From the NCBI GenBank assembly GCA_944350495.1, contig CALVOZ010000004.1, positions 77,564 through 141,563 of the forward strand: a stretch of DNA of 64,000 nucleotides, in the 5' to 3' direction. Shown in pieces: positions 38,827 through 47,374 of this stretch. Made by a program: the position numbers and the translations under genes. The stretch's first letter is position 1. Each line of letters opens with the position of its first letter. Source of the stretch: an uncultured Bacilli bacterium. GTDB lineage: Bacteria; Bacillota_I; Bacilli_A; RF39; UBA660. Below the pieces are notes generated by a model. It did not search any database. It saw only the letters and a list, made by a program, of their open reading frames with translations, and was not told the DNA's origin.

Positions 38827-39478
38827 TTTTCATTTTTAAAACATAGTCTGCATACTCTACGATAACTGGATTATGACTAACAACAATAACACAGTTTCCT
38901 TCATCAGCTAATTTTCTCAGCTTTTCTAAAACATATTTTTCTGTAAACTCATCTAAATTACCAGTTGGTTCATCGGCCAAAATGATTGAGGGTGAATTAG
39001 CCAAAGCTCTAGCTATGGCTACACGTTGCTGCTCACCGCCTGATAATTCTTTAGGATAATGATTGACTCTATCTTCTAAACCTACTAATTTTAATAATTC
39101 CTTAGCTCTTTTTTTCATATCTGTTTTATTATATTTATCATTAATAAGCATTGGTAACATAACATTTTCATACGCTTTCATCGTATTGTTTAAATAATAA
39201 TCTTGAAAAATGAAGCCTATCTTTTTATTTCTTATTTCATTTTTACTATGTTCTTTTAAAGAACTTACATTTTCGCCGTCTATATATATTTTTCCACTAT
39301 CAACTTTATCTAATAGTCCCATACATTGAATTAAAGTACTCTTTCCACTACCAGAATGCCCCATAATTGCATAAAATTTACCATATTCAAATGTATAAGA
39401 AATATTATTTATAGCATGTATTAATTCATTTTTTAAGTAATAATCCCTACACAATTTATCTACGCTAATAGCCTCCAT
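38801..39478 (-). CDS. ABC transporter ATP-binding protein
   Basis: [36 protein letters not shown]. Confidence 0.9.
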   Translation of the reverse strand: MEAISVDKLCRDYYLKNELIHAINNISYTFEYGKFYAIMGHSGSGKSTLIQCMGLLDKVDSGKIYIDGENVSSLKEHSKNEIRNKKIGFIFQDYYLNNTMKAYENVMLPMLINDKYNKTDMKKRAKELLKLVGLEDRVNHYPKELSGGEQQRVAIARALANSPSIILADEPTGNLDEFTEKYVLEKLRKLADEGNCVIVVSHNPVIVEYADYVLKMKSGRFIYEG

Positions 39479-39577
39479 ATGCTCCCTCCTAACTATACTT
39501 AATTATATTAACAAATAATTTTATAATTAATTTCTACGCCAATCAATAGAGGAAAAATAAAATTTTTCCTCACTATT

Positions 39578-39910
39578 CTATTCATAACTCCACATTACAA
39601 CATTTCCCTTAATAAGACCATTTCCACCTAAGCCTCCAGCAGTCCAAGAGCTAAAATCGTAATATCTTTTATCTTTTCCACTAGATAGAAAATATATTGT
39701 TACTGTAGAAAAATCTGCGTTCTTCTTAGATTCTTCGCCGTATCTTATCCCTAATCTATATAGCCGATGCATTAATTCAATTTCAACCTTAGTTCTATCA
39801 ATATATACATATCCATATTCTAATTTAGTCGAAATTATTTCGGTTTTATGCTTTGGATATTTATACTCTCTAACTGAACTAGTTAAAGATGAATTATATG
39901 AAATACTAAC
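39578..39910 (-). pseudogene. Decayed ORF fragment. About 110 codons are open, but the only start is the internal Met giving the listed 64-aa ORF 39578..39772.
   Basis: The frame is open from the stop at 39911-39913 down to 39578 (...EYGYVYIDRTKVEIELMHRLYRLGIRYGEE...GGLGGNGLIKGNVVMWSYE), with no start until codon 47. A 34-aa TM peptide ORF with RBS lies just upstream (39906..40010) in another frame. Confidence 0.3.
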
Positions 39911-40269
39911 CTAATTCATAAACTACAATATTTGTAATTACAAATATTATTAGTATTAAATTGATTATTATGATTATTAACGTATTTCTAACCACCTTAT
40001 TTATCTTCATTATGTCACCAATCTATACTAAATTTTATAGTATAAAATCTAATATCATGCACTTTCAGTTAAAATAATATATCTTATTTATCAAATTATT
40101 TTCTTATTGATATTAAACTTTTTATCAGAGTCATAATCGCAATATGAATTTAAATTTTTTATTAAAACACATATAAAATTCATTGTTTAGATGAAATAAT
40201 CAAACAACAGTACATTTTCCATTAATGATATTTATTATTTAATAATTAAGTTTTATTACTTACATATTA

Positions 40270-40298
40270 TCATAGCAAATAAAAAAAAGCAAAATGCT
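40270..40298 (-). terminator. Terminator after the iPGM-like gene
   Basis: aagca-aaa-tgctt hairpin with flanking A and T runs. Confidence 0.5.
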
Positions 40299-40301
40299 TT
40301 T

Positions 40302-41906
40302 TTAAATTACACCTGATGTATATAATAATGCATATACAACAAAAAGAATAAATACAAGTACTACTGCACCAACAACTAGAATTATTTTTTTGTTTTTAGC
40401 GCCTGGGTCTTTATTTACTACTAAAGAAGTATTACTTTTATCATCATCCTTATTTACACCCATATTATTTAATAACAGTTGAGCAACTTGAGTAAAGTTA
40501 CCATCAATAGGTAATGACGTATTTGCTCTAGTTATATCTTTACCTGCAACAATAAATGGTGTCTTCTGTGAAAAGTCGATTTGTTCATTAGTTTTTGTCA
40601 AAAATAATTCTTTTTTCATTCCATATAATGATGTACAATATAATGTATAATCTTTAGCAACTGAATGAGTATAAGCTACGTTCAAACATCTATCTATAGC
40701 TGTCATATTTTGCCTTAATTGATCAATGGTTAATTTATCTACTTTATCGTTAAATAAGTCACAATCAGCTATAATTAAATCAAAAGTTCCTTGATCTATA
40801 TAAGCACCTAAATATTGAGCCATTAAATCAAATCTTTTGGTTTTATCTGCAATTGGCCATACACTTAAATTAGATTTAAATTCTGTTCTAAAACCGTTTA
40901 AACATTTACTTATATATCCTATTCTATCTTGATCAGCTATGATTAAGACTTTTTTATCTTCAGGAATATCTTTAAAGAAATAATTATCTGGTAAACTACT
41001 TTCAAATCCATATGGAATATTTTGATTCCCATCTATTTCAAATAATGAATTAATCATAATTTGTAATGGAAATTTACCTACAGGGAAGTATTGTTCTGGA
41101 TGTTGTATAATGTCTAAATATTCAGCTCCTAGTTCATTATCATAGTTAAACATTAACACCGAATCGTATGATTTAATAATATTTTCGCGAACAGTCAAGA
41201 AAGCCCCCATATTGTCATCATTTTCTTTAGCTTGATACTTCTTATCAATAGTATCTTCATAATTAGACCATACTTCACCAACACCACTTACTATCATACG
41301 ATAATAAGCTATTTTTTCATCTTTACCCGCATCTGTTAAATATTTACGTCCAGCTATTGAAACAATTCTACAATTTGGAATATCTGTCATAACATGGTAT
41401 TTTAAGTTTTTTAAGAACGTAGATGATACTTTCATATCCTTAACACTATTATCGCCTAAAAATACATGGATATTTATTTGTTTTACACCCTTTCTTGAAG
41501 CATATAAACAAAAGTTTTTTAATTGTTTAAATTGGCTATCTTCAGTTCGCTCTCCAATTGAAAACAATACATGTAACCTTGAATCATTTTTTAATGCATA
41601 ATTGATAGTAGCTGAAATAACTGGATTAGTATAAAAGGTTGTATCATCCATTTTTGCTTGAATTACATTAGCTTTTTTATTTGGTTTACCAAATGAACTA
41701 AATACTGAGTATCCGGCTTTAAAACTTGATAACTGTCCTTTATTTAATCCTACTTCTGTTCCACTAGCAAATACACTAGCAAATGGATAATAATTTGATA
41801 TTTTATCCAAAGAAGGCATTAATGCAGCTTTATAAATATTAAAAGAACGTGGTACTTCTAACCCAAATCCATTCATAAGAAATAATACTGATTTTTTTGT
41901 TTCCAT
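40302..41906 (-). CDS. Degenerate 2,3-bisphosphoglycerate-independent phosphoglycerate mutase paralog with C-terminal TM anchor
   Basis: 534 aa. The N-terminus aligns with iPGM (LFLMNGFGL vs LCIMDGVGE; GQLSSFKAGY vs GNSEVGHTNIG), but the metal-binding Asp and catalytic Ser context are lost. The C-terminal KKIILVVGAVVLVFILFVVYALLY is a tail anchor. Confidence 0.55.
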   Translation of the reverse strand: METKKSVLFLMNGFGLEVPRSFNIYKAALMPSLDKISNYYPFASVFASGTEVGLNKGQLSSFKAGYSVFSSFGKPNKKANVIQAKMDDTTFYTNPVISATINYALKNDSRLHVLFSIGERTEDSQFKQLKNFCLYASRKGVKQINIHVFLGDNSVKDMKVSSTFLKNLKYHVMTDIPNCRIVSIAGRKYLTDAGKDEKIAYYRMIVSGVGEVWSNYEDTIDKKYQAKENDDNMGAFLTVRENIIKSYDSVLMFNYDNELGAEYLDIIQHPEQYFPVGKFPLQIMINSLFEIDGNQNIPYGFESSLPDNYFFKDIPEDKKVLIIADQDRIGYISKCLNGFRTEFKSNLSVWPIADKTKRFDLMAQYLGAYIDQGTFDLIIADCDLFNDKVDKLTIDQLRQNMTAIDRCLNVAYTHSVAKDYTLYCTSLYGMKKELFLTKTNEQIDFSQKTPFIVAGKDITRANTSLPIDGNFTQVAQLLLNNMGVNKDDDKSNTSLVVNKDPGAKNKKIILVVGAVVLVFILFVVYALLYTSGVI

Positions 41907-41972
41907 AATCCACCTCGATACTCTCTTATTCTATGAATTATTATATCAAATTTTTATTAAAAAATATAATAT

Positions 41973-42440
41973 TTATTGTAAAATTGTCATTTTATTTCCA
42001 TTTTTAATAATTTTATCTGTATCTTTATATATTAATTTTCCAAATTCATATAGTTCTAATACTTCTTTTTCTTTTCTTTTTGCGTATATTTTATCTAAAT
42101 ATGTATATATATCTAAGCTTTGATAAGGGATTGAAAATATATCTGTAATCTCATATAAAAAGGTTGTTTCTTCTTTTATTATGCGCATTTCTATTTGATG
42201 AAATGCATCGTAATAGTCAATATCTTCTTTTTCTAATTCAATTACTATTCCTTCTTTATAATCTAAATAAATTATTATATTGTAAAACCCCTTTATATCT
42301 ATATTATAAATATCTTTTAGTTTTAATAGTTTTTCTTTAAAATATTTTTCTAATTTAATTGGATTATCAAAATCTATATCTTCTACCTCTTTATTTTTTA
42401 TTATTAAAATTATTTTATTATCAAATTGTTCTATACGCAT
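41973..42440 (-). CDS. MecA-like adaptor protein (compact), putative
   Basis: 155 aa. The N-terminal MRIEQFDNKIILII resembles MecA MEIERINEHTVKF, and the C-terminal LELYEFGKLIY resembles MecA LEEYGKLII. Confidence 0.4.
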   Translation of the reverse strand: MRIEQFDNKIILIIKNKEVEDIDFDNPIKLEKYFKEKLLKLKDIYNIDIKGFYNIIIYLDYKEGIVIELEKEDIDYYDAFHQIEMRIIKEETTFLYEITDIFSIPYQSLDIYTYLDKIYAKRKEKEVLELYEFGKLIYKDTDKIIKNGNKMTILQ

Positions 42441-42482
42441 TATATCACCATTATAGTTTATGAAAAAAAAAATTGAGTGAAA

Positions 42483-43064
42483 CTATTTTGTCCTCTCAAT
42501 TTTTTGATATATATCGCTTTTTCCTAACTTAGTTACATTAGAAAACATTGTAAAATCATCACCTACAACTAATTCAAAGTCAGCTAATATAGCATTTCTT
42601 TGTTTTTGATGTAGAGTAAGTCCTACTTTATCTGTTTTAGTTGCTACAATCGTAACAGGTATTTTATAGTGTTTTAAAAAGTTATACATCATTATATCAT
42701 CATTGGTTGGACGATGTCTAAAGTCTACTAATAAAAATACTTGTTTTAAATTTGGCCTATTTTGTAAATAGTCTTCCATCATAAGTCCGAATTTCTTTTG
42801 TTTCTTTTTACTAAGAGCAGCAAATCCATATCCTGGGGCATCTACTAAATAAAAATCATCGTTGACAAGATAGAAATTTATCGTTTGTGTCTTTCCTGGT
42901 GTTGCAGAAGTTCGAGCATAGTTTTTCCTATTAATAATAGTATTTATAAAACTGCTCTTTCCAACGTTAGATCTTCCGACTAATAAATACTCCGGTTTAT
43001 TATCAGTTGGGTATTGACTTCTTCTTACTGCACTTATAACTAAATTAACACCCGTAATTTTCAA
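42483..43064 (-). CDS. engB: Ribosome biogenesis GTPase EngB/YsxC
   Basis: 193 aa. GRSNVGKSSFIN (G1), DAPGYG (G3), TKTDK (G4). Confidence 0.9.
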   Translation of the reverse strand: MKITGVNLVISAVRRSQYPTDNKPEYLLVGRSNVGKSSFINTIINRKNYARTSATPGKTQTINFYLVNDDFYLVDAPGYGFAALSKKKQKKFGLMMEDYLQNRPNLKQVFLLVDFRHRPTNDDIMMYNFLKHYKIPVTIVATKTDKVGLTLHQKQRNAILADFELVVGDDFTMFSNVTKLGKSDIYQKIERTK

Positions 43065-43113
43065 GATAGTTCACTCCTTTTTAAAGACTAGTAGACATTA
43101 TAGCATTTTACAG

Positions 43114-43689
43114 TTAGTTTGTCAAAAAGTCATTGTTTTTAGTCTTTTTCTTAGAACAAAACTCTACTACTTTTAAAATTATTAAATATAAATATGTAAT
43201 AAATAAAATTATATTTCCAACAATTACTATTGGTGCTATATTGCCTACTACTAAAGTAAAATCATTGTAAACTATATTAGAAATGTAAAATGAGTAAATT
43301 AAGTTACTTAAAGTTAAAACTAATGATATGAGCATTATAAATTTAGTAGCCGTACTAGTTTTAGAACTATTAATAAATATATGCATTATTAATATGCCAA
43401 TAATAACATTCCAATAATAGAAAAAAATATTTTGATAAAAATGAATATTAAATATTGTATCTATATGTTCAATTAAATCTAATCCTCTAAAATAGAATGT
43501 CGCCAATAACGAAAAGACAAATGTAAAAAATGTTATAATAAATGCTTGTTTCGTATTAAGATTGACAAAAATAATTAAACCATAAACTACAGTTGCTGCT
43601 AATATATAATAAATAAAACGATAATCAAACATTAAGGTTTGATATAGGTTAATAGCTTCTTCTAATGTATAATCTAAATAAGTTATCAA
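43114..43689 (-). CDS. Polytopic membrane protein, hypothetical
   Basis: 191 aa, about 5 TM. It overlaps the gpmI end by 4 nt. Confidence 0.45.
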   Translation of the reverse strand: MITYLDYTLEEAINLYQTLMFDYRFIYYILAATVVYGLIIFVNLNTKQAFIITFFTFVFSLLATFYFRGLDLIEHIDTIFNIHFYQNIFFYYWNVIIGILIMHIFINSSKTSTATKFIMLISLVLTLSNLIYSFYISNIVYNDFTLVVGNIAPIVIVGNIILFITYLYLIILKVVEFCSKKKTKNNDFLTN

Positions 43690-45179
43690 TATAATGCTTC
43701 CCCAGTCATTTCTTTTGGTTGTTCTAAGTCAAGTAATTTTAACATAGTTGGTGCTATATCTCCTAATTTACCATTTTTTAGAACTATGCCTTCTTTAGTT
43801 ACAATAAATGGTACTAATGATGTTGAATGACTTGTAATAACATTATTATTATCATCTAACATATAATCACTATTACCATGATCAGCAGTAACTATTAAAG
43901 TCCCACCTAGTTCCATTACTTTTTTATATACTTTACCTATGCATTCATCTACAACTTCAACAGCTTTGACAGTCGCATCAAATACTCCAGTATGGCCAAC
44001 CATATCTCCATTAGCATAATTCATTATTACAACATCATATTTATCAATAATACTTAATAATTTATCAGTTATTAAATAAGCACTCATTTCTGGTTTTAAA
44101 TCGTAAGTGGCAACCTTTGGTGAAGGAATTAAAATCTTTTCACAACCTTTAATTTCCTTTTCAACACCACCATCAAAGAAATAAGTTACATGAGCATATT
44201 TCTCTGTTTCAGATATTCTTAATTGTTTTAAATTATGATCACTTAAATAATCACCAATAATATTATCTAATTTCTGTAATTCAAATGCATTAGTGCATAT
44301 TACTTCCTCGCTAACTGGCATCATTGTTACTAATTTTATATTATTCAATAATTTAGTCTCAAAACCTTTAAAATTAGGATTTGTTAAAGCTGAGAATAAT
44401 TCTCTTAACCGGTCAGGTCGATAATTAAATACAATTATACCATCATTATCATCAACTATTCCTTCTTTATCTAAGATAGCCGGTATAATAAATTCATCAT
44501 AGATATCTTTAGCATAATTACTATCAATTACCTCTTTTGCAGTTTTATATTCTTCGGCTTTGCCATAGACTATAGCATCATAACTTTTCACTAGTCTATC
44601 CCAATTGTTATCTCGGTCCATTGCATAGTATCTTCCACTTATAGTTACTAATTTACCCTTATTTATTTCTTTTATTTTGTTTTCTAATTGTTGTATATAG
44701 TTATAAGCAACATTAGGTAATGTATCACGTCCATCTAAGAAAATATGAAAATATATTTCGTTTACATTATTTTTAATGCACATATCAATAATACCCATTA
44801 AATGATTAATATGAGAGTGTATTCCCCCATCACTTAATAACCCCATTATATGAAGTTTTGAATTATTCTCCTTAGTATGGTTAATAACATTTAAAATATT
44901 TTTATTCTCTAAAATAGAACCATCTTTGATTTTTTCAGTTATTAATTGTAATGGTTGATATACAATTCTCCCTGCCCCAATATTTGTATGGCCCACTTCA
45001 CTATTTCCCATTTGACCATCAGGAAGCCCTACTTTAGAGCCACTCGCTTCAAGTAATGAATAGCCATATTTTTCTTTTAACATATCTAAATTTGGTGTGT
45101 GAGCTGCTTTAACTGCATTTCCGTGTGTCTCTTCTCTTTCTCCTACACCGTCCATTATACATAGTACTAATGGTTTCAT
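43686..45179 (-). CDS. gpmI: 2,3-bisphosphoglycerate-independent phosphoglycerate mutase
   Basis: 497 aa. MDGVGEREETHGNAV...GNSEVGHTNIGAGR...the typical iPGM. Confidence 0.93.
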   Translation of the reverse strand: MKPLVLCIMDGVGEREETHGNAVKAAHTPNLDMLKEKYGYSLLEASGSKVGLPDGQMGNSEVGHTNIGAGRIVYQPLQLITEKIKDGSILENKNILNVINHTKENNSKLHIMGLLSDGGIHSHINHLMGIIDMCIKNNVNEIYFHIFLDGRDTLPNVAYNYIQQLENKIKEINKGKLVTISGRYYAMDRDNNWDRLVKSYDAIVYGKAEEYKTAKEVIDSNYAKDIYDEFIIPAILDKEGIVDDNDGIIVFNYRPDRLRELFSALTNPNFKGFETKLLNNIKLVTMMPVSEEVICTNAFELQKLDNIIGDYLSDHNLKQLRISETEKYAHVTYFFDGGVEKEIKGCEKILIPSPKVATYDLKPEMSAYLITDKLLSIIDKYDVVIMNYANGDMVGHTGVFDATVKAVEVVDECIGKVYKKVMELGGTLIVTADHGNSDYMLDDNNNVITSHSTSLVPFIVTKEGIVLKNGKLGDIAPTMLKLLDLEQPKEMTGEALY

Positions 45180-45202
45180 ATTATCACCCTAATGTAATTA
45201 TA

Positions 45203-46381
45203 TCATAATTCAACATAACTAGGTAAAGTTATTTTTACATTTGTACCTATACCTTTAATAGAACTATACTCAATTGTTCCTTTATGAGCATTTATTATTT
45301 CTTTTGATAACGATACTCCTAAACCTGTTCCACACCTTTTAGTGGTATAAAACGGGTCATATATTCTTCCTAGTGTTTCTTTATCTATTCCACAACCATT
45401 ATCTTTGATATTTATACATAGATTACTATCAATATTATATATATTTACTTCAATATTAGTTGGATTAGCTTCAATACTATTTTTTAAGATATTAATTAAT
45501 ACTTGTGATAAACGATTATAATCACCATTTATGTATAACTCATCATCAATAGTATTTAGATTAAAAGTAATATCATTACTTTTTAATAATCCTGATACAT
45601 TATCTATAACTTGTTCTATAAGTAAATTAACATCCATAATATCTAAGTTTAAATTTTTTTGATTCATTGTTAAAAAATCTTGAAGAAGAACTAATAGTCG
45701 ATTTATTTCGTCTTTCAAAATAGGAATATATTTTTTAGAATGTTCAAGATTATTAACATCAAACATGTCTAAATATGCTTTACATACTGCAACAGGATTT
45801 TTTATTTCATGAGTTATTTTAAATAATGATAATCTAATTTGTTTTTCTTTTTGTAATTCTTTATATTCTAAATGAGTTTCTAAGACCTTTATACCTTTTT
45901 GATAAAATATATAGACAATATAAGTAGTTACTAAAAACATAATAACAAACATAATAGTTTCGAGATTATTTTTATCTAATATTGTTCGATATATATAAAA
46001 CCAAACTAAATATAATGTTAAAAATTGTTTAATAAAGTGTTTCTTAATTGATAACGATATCAATATTAATAAATAAATTACAATAAACCCGGGAGTATTA
46101 TATATTACTATATTTAAAATCATTAATGTAACTGCTAAAAAATACATTTTATTTAATAGTAAGAAAAAAATTATTATTCCAATAAAAAACAACATTACAG
46201 CCTCATCATTAAATAATCCATAATGAGTTATTAAATAATATGAAGACAAAAATGCTAACTGTAAAAATATGTTTTGTTCTTTTTTTTCTTTTGTATGATT
46301 GGTTGTAATATATATCATATATATTAATAATGGTACGGATACTAATACTAAGTTTAATATAAACATATCTATAAAATTCAT
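45203..46381 (-). CDS. Orphan multi-TM sensor histidine kinase (KinB-like architecture)
   Basis: 392 aa. 5-6 N-terminal TM, then HisKA (ITHEIKNPVAV) and HATPase (DNGCGIDKE...GTGLGVSLSK). No adjacent response regulator. Confidence 0.8.
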   Translation of the reverse strand: MNFIDMFILNLVLVSVPLLIYMIYITTNHTKEKKEQNIFLQLAFLSSYYLITHYGLFNDEAVMLFFIGIIIFFLLLNKMYFLAVTLMILNIVIYNTPGFIVIYLLILISLSIKKHFIKQFLTLYLVWFYIYRTILDKNNLETIMFVIMFLVTTYIVYIFYQKGIKVLETHLEYKELQKEKQIRLSLFKITHEIKNPVAVCKAYLDMFDVNNLEHSKKYIPILKDEINRLLVLLQDFLTMNQKNLNLDIMDVNLLIEQVIDNVSGLLKSNDITFNLNTIDDELYINGDYNRLSQVLINILKNSIEANPTNIEVNIYNIDSNLCINIKDNGCGIDKETLGRIYDPFYTTKRCGTGLGVSLSKEIINAHKGTIEYSSIKGIGTNVKITLPSYVEL

Positions 46382-46452
46382 TCTATCACCATTATCATTT
46401 TATTATATTCTTTTGTCAAACTTTGTCGAAAAATAGCAAAAAAAAACGATTA

Positions 46453-46785
46453 TTATCGTTTTAATTCTTTAATATACTTCTTGATCTGTTTAGCATCATC
46501 ACCAAGAATTATTTTTAATTGATTATCAATTTCAACAATTCCTTGTGCCCCAAGCTTTTGGATTCCCTCTTTATTAGCCAAAGTTACATCTTTTAAATCA
46601 ACCACAAATCGCGACTTATTAAATTCATATTTTTCAATATTATCTTTGCCACCTAATAGTTCAACTAACTTATTAGCCTCTAACTTAAAATCACGCCTTT
46701 TAGAGCGTATAACTGCAATTGCTATAACAACCATAATTGCAAATATTAAAACATATTGCCATAGATGTGCACTCATTATAATCAC
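46453..46785 (-). CDS. Membrane-anchored PTS EIIB(Glc)-like domain lacking the phospho-Cys
   Basis: 110 aa. TM, then LGGKDNIEKYEFNKSRFVVDLKD...LGAQGIVEI aligned to EIIB DNIxxxxHCxTRLRxxLKD...GAxGVV, with Cys replaced by Asn. Confidence 0.45.
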   Translation of the reverse strand: MIIMSAHLWQYVLIFAIMVVIAIAVIRSKRRDFKLEANKLVELLGGKDNIEKYEFNKSRFVVDLKDVTLANKEGIQKLGAQGIVEIDNQLKIILGDDAKQIKKYIKELKR

Positions 46786-46832
46786 CTGTTACATATTATA
46801 CTATAATTTTTAAAAAAATTCCAATAAAGATA

Positions 46833-47084
46833 TTATAGGTTACTTTTATTACCAATTTTTTCTTTAAAAGACTCATATAAATGTTGTTTTAATTCAGGAT
46901 CTTCAATTATTTCTAATCTTAATTCATCACCATTTACTATTTGCTTAGCAAATCTTACTTCTAATGGTTTAAAATTACTCATTAAGTATACATAGTCAAT
47001 TCCATTTTCTTCTAATCCAGCAAAGCAAATATATTCTTTACCATCTTCTAATTCAGCTATTTCTCCAAATTCTAATTTTTCCAT
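46833..47084 (-). CDS. DUF1292 (YrzB-like) family small protein, putative
   Basis: 83 aa acidic. YICFAGLEENGIDYVYL pattern. Confidence 0.35.
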   Translation of the reverse strand: MEKLEFGEIAELEDGKEYICFAGLEENGIDYVYLMSNFKPLEVRFAKQIVNGDELRLEIIEDPELKQHLYESFKEKIGNKSNL

Positions 47085-47092
47085 ACTTCCTC

Positions 47093-47374
47093 CTATTGAT
47101 CTTTTACTAAATCAGCAATTAATTCTTTAATTGCATTTGTATATACAAATACTGCTTCAACAAAATCAGCCTCTGTCGCTCCACTTTTCTTTAAATCTAG
47201 TATTTCACGATTAAATAAAGTTTTGACATGTTTTCCTTTTTTTTCATTTAAAGCATTTAAGACTGCTAATAATTCTTCTAGTTCTTTTTCAACTAAATCT
47301 TTTTTTTCTTGTAAAGGTAAATTTTTATATTTTTCAACATAGTCATTAAATAAATTATCTTCTACGAACTCCAT
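47093..47374 (-). CDS. Hypothetical small acidic protein
   Basis: 93 aa. It overlaps the upstream large gene by 20 nt and is 8 nt from the next gene, so it is in an operon. Confidence 0.35.
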   Translation of the reverse strand: MEFVEDNLFNDYVEKYKNLPLQEKKDLVEKELEELLAVLNALNEKKGKHVKTLFNREILDLKKSGATEADFVEAVFVYTNAIKELIADLVKDQ

